Made by a program: the position numbers and the translations under genes. From positions 744,001 through 808,000 of the forward strand of contig CDROCS010000228.1 in the NCBI GenBank assembly GCA_977020255.1: DNA of 64,000 bases, written 5' to 3'. Source of the stretch: Obrimoposthia wandeli (taxonomy: Eukaryota). The notes below the pieces were generated by a model. The model did no database searches and had not been told where the DNA came from. It worked only from the letters and a program-made list of their open reading frames with translations. Below are positions 31,600 to 46,831 of this stretch, one piece after another. Positions within the stretch are counted from its first letter, which is position 1, and every line of letters begins with the position of its first letter.

Positions 31600-33110
31600 A
31601 TGTATGAAAGTAATTGTATTAAAAAGTAATATATTTTTCAAAGTAATAAAAAGTTAAACTAAAGCAAAATATAACTATTTAAAAAGCAATAGCTTTTATT
31701 TTAAAATATGTGAAACTTTATAAAAGTTAATTAAATATTTATAATAATATATTTCTAATATTAAATTCAAACTAAAGAAATAAAAAAATAAAGACAATTA
31801 ATGTAATTTAAAAAAATCACGAAGGGATCATTGGAATCATCATCGATATCCCTCCGACTTTGTGGTCGAGGTTTTGGACAAACTGGCTGTTTCTTCTTCG
31901 GTTGCACAACTACTGGTTGCTGTGTAACAATTTCCGTTCCAAGGGGCTTTAGTAGGATTGGCCGCGACTTTTTGGGAGATGCTGCAGCAGAAATAGATTC
32001 TCTAGTCGATGAAGTTGATGGAAGAGGTATAGAAGCTGCAACCTTCTTATTTTCTTTTTTATCTTTATTATGCTCCAGCTGCAGTGCAACTGCATTCAGT
32101 TGCCGGTTGAAAACAGGATACACCTATGTTGGTTGCGGCTATGGGTGTAGAGTCTCGAGTTCCGACAAGAAGTCGTCTTAGACTACAACGAGCCAGGCCT
32201 CTTCAAGCTACTGGATTGCTGAGGAATAAATTTCGATCAGAGCAACCGGAATTCTATCGTATAAGATTGGCCCGTAGTCCACCGGGGCGTAAGTTTCTCT
32301 TGCTCTACGATCAGCAACTCTGCAGTCACCAGACTTTTGGTGGCCACCTTCCTCTTTTTTCTGCTTGTGCACCACCACCAGCTACTTGCATCTTGGTGCA
32401 ATAGGAGCAGCCTCTCCAAGCAACTTCTTCAGTAGCTGCACCTGATTGAGTTTCTGCATTAAAAATAACCTAAACATTTTTAAAAAGTATATAAATAATT
32501 TATCTCAGTCTTCTTGATCTTCTATCGAATCCTGACTAATCAGGTCGATAAATTGGAATCTCTGTACTCTTTCTCATCCTGCTGCTCATAACCCTATTGC
32601 TGCTGATGTTGCTCTTGGAGTTGAGGTGGAAAGATGTTCGTCCAGATCCATCGGCTCTTGACTTATCAATACTGACTGGCAATACTGCTCTTTCTTGTAT
32701 CGTCGTAGGGATGGGTTGACTATACACCGTCGAGTCTTGATTAAGTAATTCAATATACTGCAACGGTGGTGGCGTTCGTCGCTGCATGGAGAGAGGTAAC
32801 CATACAACTCATCCTCAATATATTCGTCCCCGTCAATATTGAATTAAAAATAATTAAAGATAATGAACAGATATCTCTATATATACGCTAACATACGTCC
32901 AAAACTTTATCATAGTCCAATGAAAGCGTGTTATTCAAATAATTTATTTGAAAACTCGTCGTATTATTTTAAGTTTTTAACTACGTCTGTGTGTATCATG
33001 AAGTAAAATTTTTTTTTTTTAATAATCATAGTATTTTGTTAAGATTTTTTTGACTGTGTGTTGTTAAAGTAATAGATATTTTTGGTTAGAGGTAAAAAAA
33101 TCAGAATTTT
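31600..33110 (-). pseudogene. Relic paralog of the element-A disordered-protein gene with its promoter module
   Basis: LYGYLSP...QRRTPPPLQYIELLNQDS and QFIDLISQDSIE match 15159-14870. QLEHNKDK...KKAAA...PKKSRPILLKP...DDDSNDPF matches 13400-13100. GTCCAATGAAA...TTATTCAAATAATTTATTTGAAAA matches 15240-15590. Confidence 0.8.
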
Positions 33111-33199
33111 TTAAGTGTATTTGGATATAAATACTTACGCAGATTACTTTCGATACCCTATGTATATGTCGTTCCGCTCAGCGGGCCACCGCATTTTCG

Positions 33200-36100
33200 C
33201 AGTTTTGTACTCATTTAACCAAAATACACACATATCTCAATGTACAATCTATTTTTACTCGTGCAACTGATTTCAATTAGGCAGACATATATGACATTAC
33301 ACCCTTTAAATTTGTTTGTCTGTGTATGTACCAATTTAGTTGCATCAAGTTTTAGTCTTCCCAATTTTTCCATGTGTCAGTGTGTATTGTGCCAAACTCT
33401 GATCCACTTTTATGTTACAATCGCTCCGCAAGCCTAATGCAAGGAACAGCCAAATTACACCGCAGACTTGTTTTTTTGTCAATTGAAAAGTGAAAGTTTA
33501 ACAGATATTCTTATAACTCAAACATTTGAAACCGAAAATTCCATACAAACAACTCAAGCAATCAACATACCTGAACCCAATTTCAACGACATAAGAAACT
33601 TGGAGATAGAAAACCCATTACAAATAATGCCTGCTTATAAGCTAAATGTCTCATTGGACACTTTTAATGTCAATACATTTTCTTTGCCTGAAATTTTATA
33701 TAGATTTAATTCAAGCATTTGAGTTAACTAATCAGGAAAAACTTAGAATTTTTCACACATACATAAATACATTGCATTAATAATCTACAAAGGGTTAAAA
33801 AACGAGCAAAAGATGCAGCAAAATATTTTCAAAATATGACACTAGTAGTACAATCAGAACAGAATCACATAAATCAATTCAGACAACGTGAACAACATAT
33901 ATGAGTACCCATAAACATTTTAGCAGTGGAATTGTGACGATTGGCTTTAAAATCATTTTTCGAAATTGGAGAAGTAAAAGAAAAATAGGATAATACACAC
34001 CTACTTCATTTAAGCACAATATCATCATACATACTTAGCAACCGATTCAAATAAATTCAACCAAAATTTACATAATATCTTCAAAATTTGATCGAATATG
34101 CAACTAATTCAAAAAAATTACCTACAAACGACCAAAAATTCCCCTACTTATACCAGTTTAATCCTTTTTATGTTATGCTTTGTAATTAAGGTCTTTTTAG
34201 AACATATGTATGTCATTAACTTATGCCTACATAACAATCCTGAGATTGCACTTCTGAAATCATTAAATGTGAAGACATTTAATTTTTTCTATCCTTTAAA
34301 GATACAAATATATTAATTTTACATTTAACAATTAATGTACGATTTAGTCGGTTTAAGCTTTAAAGGTTTAATTAATATAAACAAAAAATATGTATATATT
34401 TTTTTATATTCTAATATGCTTTGTAATAGCTAGTTTCTAATCTCTTGCGTTAATATCGCTATTATCCTTCTTTTCACTACTAAATATATTTGCTTTATTT
34501 CTCCGAAAATCATAAATAAAAAATTATTTTAAAATATAAAATGTTTTTATAGAAGTTTATTTAGCTTTTTCTTATTTTTGATAAACATTTTACAAAAGGA
34601 TTAATTCTAAACATTATTCGAAGTAAGGATTAGTCTTTAACTACCTATTTTATATTTTTTTAATATAATTTTATTAGTATCAAAATGATTTTAAAATAAT
34701 ATTTATAAAATTGCTAAAATACCTGTTTATTTTATAAATTGTAATTTTGAAATGAAACAGATTTTTCAAAGTAATATTAAATTATTTTACATGATTACAT
34801 TAGATTAGATTGGCAAATGAATATTTTCTTATAATCTTTTACTACATTTTCACAGATACTAAATATATTTTTAAATATTCAAAAATTCAAAAATGTAAGC
34901 ATTGAAGAAATCAGTATATTATTAAAACGATAAGCTATTTTCTGGGTTACTAAAATAAATGAATCTCAAATTCAGTAGTGACACAAGACACGGCTGCAGC
35001 CACATTTTCATTTGCTTACAGAAATCGTTAATAACTCTTCAATTTTGTAAATCACAATAAATAAAATCAAAAAATATGAATATTTACAATTGGGAGTCGA
35101 ACCATTTAACCAACAATTCACCAAAATCCATACTGATGACAATACTAGTCTTTTTTACAAAATAAAAATACTTCACATCACACTAAACATTTGTTAGTGT
35201 TGTCATAGCATTTCATACTCAAATTCGATAAGTCATTTCTATACAGTTTTTGACTAAATGACATCAATTAAGAGATCAGATATCATGTGGAAACCAGACA
35301 TAAATTATAACGGTTGCATAATTTGTAGACGGAGCACTGACGTTAGGAATTTTTTAAACATGTATGAAAATAATTTTTACCTCGTTTCATAAATAGGATC
35401 ATATCGAAAATTAACTCTTTTAGAAAATTAATTTTATTCTAGGTCGGAAAGCGAAATGAGTATAAAGTTATAAAAATAATTTAATACTAAAGTATCAGTT
35501 TTCAATATTGTATTTGTTTGAATACATCAGAAACAAATTGTATATAAATTAAATATTCAAAATATAAACTTGATTAATTTCTTCGATATTATTTGAAAAT
35601 GTTTAAAAATACCGACTCTAATTTTAACAGGTATTATTTATTCCATTAAATATTAATATTTCTCTAGATATGAATTATAACAAATATAAATCTGAGGCAA
35701 TAATATTGACATCACAAATACTAAAAGATGGAACAGAAAGTATAGATCAACAAAACCAGTCATGTTTATACAGCTAAAGTAAAAATCATGTGATAAATAC
35801 AGAAAACAGTAAAAATATAAATTCTAACATGTTTAGCAAAATAAGTTGGGATATAAAAAATATGATAAAGTCTTAACAGTCAATGTTACAGTTTTATGTC
35901 ATATTCTACTACATAATCTACACATTAATTGACTAGTATTACAAATCTTTGTCAGAATGCCTCTGCATGGTATTTACACTCTGTTGCATATAATGAGATA
36001 ACTCTTTCTATATAATCTGAAATATTTTGCTCATAATCTTTGGATACGACCGCTTTAAGACAAGAACCTATTGTCGTTGTGTGTAGGATACAGCATGCAA

Positions 36101-36620
36101 AAATTAAAGCTATTCTGAGAACTGAGCTTAGATAAAATTTCTACGAAAATTTTGCAAAGTTAAATAGTGTTTCTGGGACAAAGACAGAAGCAGCACACAA
36201 ACTAATACGGATTTCTTCACATAGTTTTGCAGATATGTATACAATGTTTGGGTGTGAAAGGTCACAGGATACAGATGTTGGGAAGCTGAGATATTCGCTG
36301 CATTCAATCTTTGAGTCTTCATTTGCATAATCTCCCAATAACACATACAAATTAGGTCTCCGTCAAACACTGAATTGGAAAGAGATGCATGATTAAACAG
36401 TTTATTAAACATTCTGAAATATTCTGGAATAATTGCATTGTTCGCAATTTTTTGTATAATTGACCAATACAAACCGTTGAATTTGGTCGGTTCTGGAATG
36501 TATTTTTGTTCACATTATTTATTAACCCTTTGGATTCAGCAAAAATGCTACTAACGAAAAGAAATTTGCCGAAGGAAAATCGATACACGCAAAATAAAGG
36601 AAATATTTTGAGAAAAATGT
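33200..36620 (-). mobile_element. Possible heavily degraded DNA transposon coding region
   Basis: Scattered less-AT-rich fragments, including ...ERVISLYATECKYH near 35970-36010 and Cys-rich remnants near 33430. Family not assignable by eye. Confidence 0.25.
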
Positions 36621-39520
36621 AATAGAAATATACCTTTAATAAGTAATGTTAAAATATAATTATCTCAATTTTTTTGTTTCCGTATTTAACTACATTATGT
36701 CTATTTAAAAAGAACTGATCCCTTTAATATATGCACAATTTTAATTTAATCAATTATCACCGAAATAACTGTGACGAAATAATAATAAAGTATAACTAAA
36801 TCCAATATAAAGTCCAGGAATGAATTCTCTACTTTTAATAAATTAATACATTAAGAACAAATAAATAATAGTTTTATATTTCTATATGAAATTGATTTTT
36901 TATGAATCATTTTTATTTTTTCTTCAGTATTATTAAAATTTGAAAAAAAGTTTAGAATTTAATAGTAAAAAATGTGGGTTATTTATCAATATGTTATGTA
37001 AATTTCATTTAAATAACGCTAATTATGACATTTTGATCTTGATTCAATTTTAGCCGCCACATAAAAATTAAAGGAGATTTTAAGTCTGTAATGTTAAAAA
37101 TTTCAAATATAGCACAAAAATTGAGTTAATTTTGTCGATATCTGAGAAATTTATCAACTGACCTTCACAATTTTTGTTGATAAAATAATTAAATTTACAT
37201 CCTAAATGTTATTAAACCGAATATATAGAATTAAATTATGTATAACAAGCATTAACTATAAATTTATGTAACATAAGTAAATGTATTTGTAATAATAAAT
37301 TGATATAAGTATCTAAATAACAAAAAGAAAACCACTTTATCGATTTACATATAATACCTTTTTTAAAAGTATTATTCCAGTTTTCTACATCCTATAATGA
37401 AAACAGCAAGGAATGAAATTTATTTCACCTTATACATACTAGTTATCAATTGATAATTATCATTTTAATGTGTGAAAATCTAACACAAAAATTTATATAA
37501 ATATTGATTGAAAATAAGCTACATCTTAAATTCCTATTGATTCACGAAATATAGTTTGTATGTGTATATATTTTTCCTTATTTAAAAAAAGAAATTAAAA
37601 TATATTTTTGTTGTTGCATTTATATGCAAACTTTATATTGGGAAGGTAAAAAGGTAATTCTTTTAATTTAAAATAAATATATAAGGGCAGGTATTAACTA
37701 TACTAAATGTTTTAGAAAAGGCTTCAAATATTTAGTAACAGTCTGATTTCCGATATATAAGGTTCTTTTGTAAGTAAGTTAATAGAATCATTGAAATTGA
37801 AAAGTCATTTTTCATTATTGTAAAAAGAAAAAGATTAAAAACTATTCCTACTTCTGGATACATCAGCAAAGAACTTACTAAATCTCACACATCACACATC
37901 AATTAAATTATAATTGAATTTGAGCTGATAAAGCAATGTTGAAGTAACCCAGAAATAGCGACAGTCTACAGCTCCAACCACTTGAAACTAACAATCATCT
38001 AAAATAAAAATCACTATATCTCTCACCCAGAGATTCTCATGGGAGAAAGCAGTTGTCAGAAAGAAAATAAAGAGGAATTTTCTATGTTGGAGACTTTGAT
38101 TTAGCCACCCTGTCACTAATATAAGCATATTATTATTTATTGTTTTAATAAAGCATATTGTGGGCCTATTGTGGGAATTAGTGTAGTGGTAGTGAAGAAT
38201 AATATTATAATTTTGTATAATTTTGTCAAAATATAAGATCAAATAGTGAAGTATTGTTGATTTGATTTTCTTTTTTTGAATTTAAATTTTGAATCACTTG
38301 ATTTTTTTATTTCTCTTTGGTTTTTCTTCGCTAATTAAATTATCAACAGTCTTGATGCTTTTTAATGATTCAATATCAATCGATATTATTATATGCATTA
38401 ATTATTATCATTAATAAATTTTTAACATTTTTCTTTAGGTATTATTATTACCACCATACACATTACCATCATTTCTTTACTATTATTAATTTAATTCATT
38501 TTTGTTTCATTTATTTGCTATTTTGTTTGAAATTAAGTCACGACAGGGTCTTTATAATACTATTTTGTATCAGGGATCCTTTCTAAATATGAAAATTTAT
38601 TCAAAAAATAGACAACGCAATATGGAAATTTCCAACTTATGAAATTATGTTTTTAAGGATTGTTTTAAATTCTGAATCCCACTAATATAATTTTAATACA
38701 CAATCATGTAATACTTTATTATCTTATGTCTAAACGTTTTTTAAAATAGTATCGATCTTATTACATTGAAGTATTACTGTAACTTCAAAATTTCAATATC
38801 GGAAGTACATACTGAAGATTTTTATGGAAAAGGATATTACAGATACAAATTATAAAATGCTGATGTCTAGAGAACCTTTAATTTATAAGTTAGGTCAGTT
38901 AAATGACATATTTGAATCTTTCTTAACGTCAAGCTAAAATACATGGTTAACGTTTGCAACAATGGAATCCATAAGAAACCACAACTAGCATTTCATGTGT
39001 TCGTAGCAGGCCGTACCTAATAATTAATTGTTATAACTAAATACAATGTTTCATATATGTATGTTAAATCGTTATTTTGTTTTCTGATCATGTCGACATC
39101 TCAAAATCCTTATTAGACGGAAGTTTTAAATATCATTTTTGTAATAAGCTAACACAATTAAACTAGAAATTTGCTCTTTTGTTAAAAGAAAAAAGTAAGT
39201 TACGCATTCAAAGTTATTAGTATTGCTCAAAATGCTAAAGAGTGGCGACAGGTTAGTCACGATTTCAAAGATTCAAGCGATCAGTATCCGCAGGTTATAT
39301 CTCTTAAAATTCCGGCACAATTTACAAACAGCTTCTGATTGCACAAAATCTGATTTTGGATTAATTCAAACCTAAACATCAGGAACGCAGATATGAAACA
39401 AAGTGAATTCTCCGCACCGAATGTATTATATTATGGTTCACCAAAGATGTGCTTCCACTTGAGATAATATAACTTAATGTGTTGATAAAACAAATTTGCC
39501 GTAATTGAATCGTCTTATCA

Positions 39521-39694
39521 AAAAACATTGGCATTATTCAAAATCTTTGAAACCATTGTAGCATATTTAACTAAAAGAAAAGTTATTTTTCGTTTCTATT
39601 TAACAAAAACATTGGCCTTATTCAGGATTTTTGAAACCATTGTAGCATATTTAACTAAAAGAAAATTTATTTTTTATTTCTATTTAACAAAAAC
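39521..39694. repeat. Two tandem ~84-bp copies
   Basis: AAAAACATTGGC...TTTGAAACCATTGTAGCATATTTAACTAAAAGAAAA...TATTTAACAAAAAC occurs twice. Confidence 0.8.
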
Positions 39695-41689
39695 TTTGAA
39701 TTTATATTGTGTCAGAGATCATAAATAATAAGTCAGTGAACCGATAGACAAATCTGTGAAATTTCAGCTATATCGGTTATAAAATCGGTTAGTTGACAAT
39801 TGTTTGTGTTTAAACAAAAGATTTTTTACGAAATTATATGCTTTCATATTTTTATTTAAGAAAATTAATTAAATAAAAAACTTAAAAGGTGAAATTTATT
39901 ATTACAAACCTCTTGTACAAGGTCAATTGTATTTTCTCATACATCCACCATTCTATAAATACTTTCAGCCGCCCATGGAATTCTTATTGCTGGAATCTAC
40001 AGCACATGAAAAAACAACACTCAAAATTTCTATTACCATCCACCATATGCCATTGGAACCATGATCTATATGAATTTCTTTTTTTTCTATCTCTGCAATT
40101 TTAGTCTTTTGGTGCAACAATATCCTTGATTGTAGATAATATCAATACCAAGCGTGGGTAACTTGTGGTTTCGTTTGTATGCGGCTTTCACTGTTTAAAA
40201 GTTCCGATATATCAACTCAATATCATAAAAATTACTTTTCGGTTTTCATTACACGAATGAGTAACAAAATTTATTTCTAAATAAATGTTCCAGTCTTGTT
40301 TGTTTCTATTTATAACAATAAAGACAATAAAGAAGCATTGTTCTATTTTACATTCGCAAACTTTCTCATCACTTTAATGAATATAAAAAGTCTATGCTGT
40401 TGATTGCAGTGTTGTATAGTTTACGTTTTGAGAACCTCTTTCATATTAGGCTCATTTGGGAAATCTAGAGCCACTTGCACTAGAAACGAACTTTCTAAAT
40501 CAATCATTAAGACTATCATTTTTTTAAATAAAAAAATTGAAATATTTTTCAAAAATGTACGATCTTTCAGTTTTCCATAAACAAAATTATCATAAAAAAT
40601 ATAAAACTGTAGCAATATGTTCTAAAGTAAGTAAGAAAGAAAATAAGTCCAAGAAATAACGAAGTCAATATATACCTCAACTGAAGTTGACAAATACATT
40701 AACGAATTTTGTGCACTGTGAAAGAAGCATAAACTATCCTTGAAAATTCGGAAATAATAAGTAAAAAGAAAAGAAAGGACGAAAAATAATAGACAGAGAG
40801 AGATAGAGAAAGATAGAGAGAGATATAGAGAAAGAGTCAGCATGAGGCAGCAGTATGAGTGAACTGGAGTCTGAATAATTGATGCCATTTTATGTGTTAT
40901 CAGTTGCCATCTGTGGGCCTTTGCTGCTTTTAGACAAGTTGAAGGAGACAAAGGGGCGATGTGGAATGGGTTTGAGCATTGCGAATTGGCAGGAATAAGG
41001 TAGAGACTGATGTGATCCTTCTATCAGATTGGCTTCTGTGTCAGATAGAGAGTGAGAGAGGATCAACAACAAGTGTCTTTTATCCCAAGAATGGGGTGAA
41101 ATTTGGCTGCCAGTACTCGTATAACCACAGCTTTCACTTATATGTTTCAGAGACTGGGCAACTTGATCTTTGGTAATGTTTTCGTTATAAATGCTTCTAT
41201 TCACTTGTTGGATTATAATGTACATTTGAAGAACATTTATTGGATTCAATTTGACCACTATTTATTCATCCGGTGTTTTTTTAGCGTTTGTACACTTACA
41301 CATGTAAATATATTTAGACTGGTCTATATAAAAGCAAACATTTGATATTGTGAATTTAAATTGTTGCTAGTTGACTGTTGTGAATAAAACCAAAGTTTCT
41401 AAAAACTTAAAAAGTCCAGTTGGAGTGTGTAAAAAGTTTATTGAATTCCTAATTTATGTTCTTATCAAAATTTTGTTGCCCTTATTATCAAGGAAAATAA
41501 CCCAGTTTAACAATATTTCGTTTCTTTTGATTATAATAATTATGGAGTAATTCAGTGACGCTGATTCTGAAAATGTCACTTCTTTTATTATAGCGTGTAA
41601 AAATTGTTATCATAGGTTACTGTTTCTTTTTAGTTTTTTTTGTTGTGTAATATGCATTTTCTCTTCACTTCAAACTTCAAGAAACATGA

Positions 41690-42110
41690 TTTTAACAAAT
41701 GTTGAAAATGCGGAAATTTCTTTGTTACAATGTCCAACGAAAGTAATTAAATATAATGCAGATTATTCAAAACAGAGGGTGACGTTCAATCTTTAACTAT
41801 ACATTTAAGTGAAATTGGTTTGATACCTCTTGGGAAAGATTGAATTATAAAATAATGGTAAATATGTAAGAAGGTAAAAACGAATATCGGTTTGATAAAA
41901 TTTGATTTGATAGAGAGGAAAATATTTTTTATAAAAAATAGAACTAAAGACTAATTAAATATCATTCATTAAAACTAAACCGAGTAGAAAAAACGCAACC
42001 AGTTTTTGTATCGAAGGTTACAACAGGCTACCTCAAGAAATTTCTGCATGTTTATATAGACAGTTTAAAAGGGCAAATAAGATTATATTTATTGAACCAA
42101 TGCTATCACT
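41690..42110 (+). mobile_element. Degenerate 3' end of a non-LTR retrotransposon (CR1/L2-like)
   Basis: The tail reads ...IEGYNRLPQEI...FKRA.., like the conserved YN.LP..I...FK..L C-terminus of such ORF2 proteins. Confidence 0.4.
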
Positions 42111-44149
42111 GGGATATCAGAAAATTAGAGACAAATAAAGAAAGAAGATGACGTGTTCGGGTAAAGTTATTCACAGTTGTTAAATTTCTACGCTCTTATC
42201 CTACAATACCTCTTTCAACAAAAACGCTTACAGAGTGAGTAGAAGTATTTCATGAAAATCAAGCACAATTTTGTGGAAGATCTTATTTCAGAGAAAAATG
42301 ATAACTCACCTTATGATTTTCTAAGTCCACTATCTTCTCTATGAATCCGCTTTATTCCGTGTCTTCGTTTCAGAGTGGACTTCCGATCTGTTAGAAACCA
42401 AGGATCAATATTTTCAACTTTCAACACAAAATCGGGTTTATTTATTAAAGAACTGTCTTTACTGTTCAGAACATTTATTTAATCAGAGATAACTTTTAAT
42501 ACAATATTTGCAAAACATCATATCAAACAAAATATAATTAATATAGCACCAACTTCCAATTAATCTAAAGTTATTACACATTTGTAACTTTGAGATATGG
42601 GCTATAATATCTTTTGATCAAGAACGTCTTGATACATAGTCTGAATTCTTCAATATGAGCACATTTTTGTATAGTTACCGAAGTTTCTCTCGGAATAGTT
42701 GCCATTTGGAGCGTAGTTGTATCTGGTAAATCGAATGTTTAGAAGTACTGCGGATGTAATGTCGTCAGCTCATAAGAAAATTTTAAATGTGTACGATGTG
42801 CAGCTTTCTTCATTGAAATCGCACGAGTTAATACGAATGGCTAGCAGAACTGACCCAATATGAATACAAATTAAATCATGTGACTTTAACATTCTTTGTT
42901 TTCAATGTTTTAATTGCCGGTCTTTTGATATATTTATTTGGACTTTAAAATTTATGAATTTTAAACTTATACAAAAAATATTTCAAAGGCAAAACATTTT
43001 GAATCATGTGACCTATTTATACTCTATTCGAGCATGTGTCGAAAGCCAGTGCAGCTCAAACATACACCTCTTCAGCACCTTTGGTTTTGTAGATCCTAAA
43101 AAGATATGCATCATTGCCTTATTCATAATTCCCTGTTATCTGTTTACATAAAATTTGTTTAAATTGTATAACAATGAGCTGTGAAAGTATAATCAAAAAG
43201 TTAAAATGGAAATAAGCATACTGGTGTTTCTTTTGACGAATATTTCAGCCTTTAATTTTCAAATAATAATAATAAAACTTAATAATATAATCAGAAAATA
43301 ATTTAAACACTGAGCAAAATTTGGTTTTTATTTAGTTAAGGCGATTGAAAGATGTCATAAAATAATAAAATAAATCTACAATTGGAACTTAACTGCTCTA
43401 TTATTTAAATGCAAAAATATTGTACGTTAAATTAATTTATCTATCAATTGAAAAGCGTTTTTTCTATTAAATTCAAAATTTCAAACAATCATGTAATTGC
43501 TATTAATCGTTGTTTAACCAAATGCAATTAGTTGAAACATGGGTGAATAATGCTAATGATACTTGTGGAGAAATACTATTAACAAGAGTTATAAATTTGA
43601 AAATTAAGTGATTACATAGATTTAAGAATGTTCTTTAAAATATTCGTGTTACAAACTATGAAGTCAATTAAAAAGTCTTAAGAATAAACTTTAACTTTGA
43701 CTGAACATCGGTTTACTGGTTCTTTTCCACTACCTTAGATCTGACATAATGTATATTAGGTTATTTGCTTGTATTGGTAATCAATGTAACTTTATTAAAA
43801 ATGGTTAGAACTAATAAAATAAATTTTAAAATCTACATTTTTGTATGAAACTTTCAAGTTTATACTGCAATGAGTTGCAATACAAATACATAAAGATAAC
43901 AAAATATTAAAGTTTATTGAAAGATACATTTCAGTAACGTTTCATTAAATTGTAATTATAAACGGAAATATGAAATTAAAAAAATTAAATTGTCCCAAAA
44001 AGATATATTTGACATGTTTTAATACAAAATAAACCAAAATATTATAAGTGACATTTATTTAATAAAACAGGTCTATTCTTTACAACTACCTTCAAAATTC
44101 TTTCTGTAAAGCTTTTGTATAACAATTTTAGGACATTTCCAGATAACTT

Positions 44150-45560
44150 ATTCTATTCTTTAATAATTGCACATTTGAGGTTCTCATCGTCTTAATAACT
44201 AATATTATTCGTATTTGATAATATTCCCCACATCTTTTCTGTAACACTGAGGTCTAAGGACTTCTTCAACAGCGAAGATATATAAGAAATATCATTTTCA
44301 TCTAATAAAGATTATTATTTTGCGTTACCTTGCTGGAAGTTAAAATTATTTGGCAAGTCTTCATTTATAAGATGCTGACGTTAAAAAATTATAATATTTC
44401 TCGTTATTTATATGTTCACAGTTAGATGATAATGGCACATATCCAAAATAGATCATGACACCTGTGGCGAAGCATCATTTTCAGAAATTAACTTTCTGTA
44501 TATTTTAGTGTCAATAATAATTATATCCATTTGGCTCTATTAGGCAAAATCTTTTTCCATCAAAATCCATAATCTTATCCCAATAACTGGAATATTCTAA
44601 AAGCATTTTCTTTGAGAAATTTAACCTTGATCATGTGTGAACATTATTGAAAGTTGAGGCTTTAAATTTTCATAACTATTTAAACATTGTGAAACAGTAC
44701 TTTTACTAACTGGAACATCCTATCATCGTGATTTATTTCTAATAGTTGAATTGTTTATTTTGCCTCTTACATCTTCACTTTTTTATTATATTTTCTATCA
44801 TTATTTGGCGCAATTTACGAAGTCTTTTCGGGTTTTATTTAATAAATTTTGATATCACATTTATCTCCAGCGTGCATTTTTTCATTTCATTTACGCTGGA
44901 CGAGGAAAAACTATTTTACGATTAACTAATGCGAGATCTTGATAGAAAATATTTATTTGATTTTTTCCAATTGCTTGCAATAGATGTTAAAATTAATTGT
45001 CTGTTCACTTTGAAGTAGTTAATAATGAACAAAACCTTCAAAATTCAATCATACGAACAACAATCCATTTTTATTGAAGTTTCTTCTTTTGGCGACTGTT
45101 TTTCCACTCTCACCTTTACCTAACCATTGCTTTTTGTCTTCAGGATATTCATCAAGCTATTTGTTTTTCATTTGATATGACTATCATTTTGTAAAATATG
45201 TTATGATTAGTATACTCAAGCTGCTTTTTGCACATATCCATCCTGATTGTCCATTTGTCAAACCATAAGGAACTTATCTACGTCTCTTTGATTTTCCAAG
45301 GTCTTTTAATCTTCCAAAAACACTTGCACTGGAATTTTCAACACAGCTGATATTTTTCTGACGCTTGTTGGTGAATTTTCTTTCACATATTTTTCATGGA
45401 CTCATTTTCAACTGATTTTAATCGATTAGATCTATCTTTATGAATTTTCTAAACCATCTTTGCACCACTCTTTACATTGACATCATTTTCACCTTCTTTT
45501 CCGCATATAATTTTCTGGATTCCCACATAAGTCCATTTCACATTCCATTTTAAAATTAAT
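44150..45560 (-). mobile_element. Possible hAT transposase relic
   Basis: Weak fragments only: LWFDKW, HEKYV...H, and ILLDENDIS (like the first catalytic Asp context DE..D.S). Confidence 0.3.
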
Positions 45561-46120
45561 CAAATCTGAATATTAAAACTACTACATATGAATATTATTA
45601 AAAACAGAAACCGAATAATTAACCTTTAAAAATAATTGTTTTTTGTGATCCTAGACTCATTGGTTAGAGTGGAATATTAAGAAAATATACATTACTTTTG
45701 AAGTAACATTGTAAAATAACTTTACTTAATAATTTCAAATATATTTTAAGGTCACCAGTCGTACAGAAAGATATGGCCACCACTATATATGTATCCAAAG
45801 CATCATATACATTTTTAAAGAAAACCTGGTGTGGGAGGATATTAAAGGTAATAATTAAGTTTATGATGACAACAAAAGAATAACGATGACAGACACAATA
45901 GCTTCTTAACAGCCAAAGAGCTCATCACACTCAAACTACACTCACTTGACCGTGTGATGAAAAATATAACAATATGTTTTGCTTCTGTACACAGAGAAAT
46001 AGAGGGAACCTCGGAAAATAACTAATTTTGAAGTAGAAATAAAAAGAAAGCACTTAAAAGATATTTAATTCTATTTTTATTTCTAATTCTGATTCTTATC
46101 TGCATTTTTCTCGCTTCTAA

Positions 46121-46355
46121 TTAGCAAAGAATGGGAAGAAGACTCTTGTGTAACATACCGATAGTCTCACACTCTCCAAAGTACTCGTCATTGGACTGGG
46201 TGGACTCTCCTTGACCATCCTGGTCACTCTCTTCTGGAACACGATAGAGCGAGTAGGCAGACTGCGGCCGGGAGAACCGCGATCTGAGGCCTGTGTCACC
46301 ACTGTTGCTTCTCCTGGATAGTGGGGGCAGCACTGCATGGGGAAAACGATACACA
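46121..46355 (-). CDS. Exon of an unidentified host gene (third visible exon, possibly terminal)
   Basis: Acceptor TTACATAG| at 46356. Its phase 2 matches the donor at 53555, giving ...DDS-S-VYRFPHAVLPPLSRRSNSGD...RPQSAYSLYRVPEESD. Confidence 0.6.
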
Positions 46356-46557
46356 CTATGTAAGATTGATGACAATGATTTGCTTAATATGATTAAAAAG
46401 TAGGAAATATTATTCTATCACAACTTAGAAAGTGAAATATGTATTATTCTAAAATAATCTTATGTTTTTAGGATATTTGGCCGTATAGTATTTAAATTAT
46501 AATAATTGATTGAAATAGCAAAATTTGTAAATCATGCAACAAAAAGAAATTTTACTA

Positions 46558-46831
46558 CAGTCAGACCTCTACATAACGAACACCAACTTTTCAAAAAATT
46601 CCATGTTCGTTAAAAAAAGGAACGAACAATTTAATAAACTTTTATTTATAAAACAAAATAAACTACAATAAGACATGTATTTATTTTTTCCTAACCAAAT
46701 AGTCAGTAATGTCTTTTGGTTTTTTAGAAGCTAAAATGTTTTTTTTTTTTTTTTTTTTTTTTTTTTGGTTTACCGTTCGTTAAAAAAAAGTGTTCGTTAT
46801 GTAGAGTGTTCGTTATGTAGAGGTCTGACTG
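46558..46831. mobile_element. MITE with CAGTCAGACCTCTACATAACGAACAC TIRs and TA target duplication (Tc1/mariner-pogo type)
   Basis: TA|CAGTCAGACC...GGTCTGACTG|TA; a second copy lies at 55108. Confidence 0.9.

Noticed and set aside
39880-41300. Possible MULE or retroelement remnants and a 122-aa ORF beside an AG-rich microsatellite
   Set aside because: Motifs are too degraded to assign by eye.
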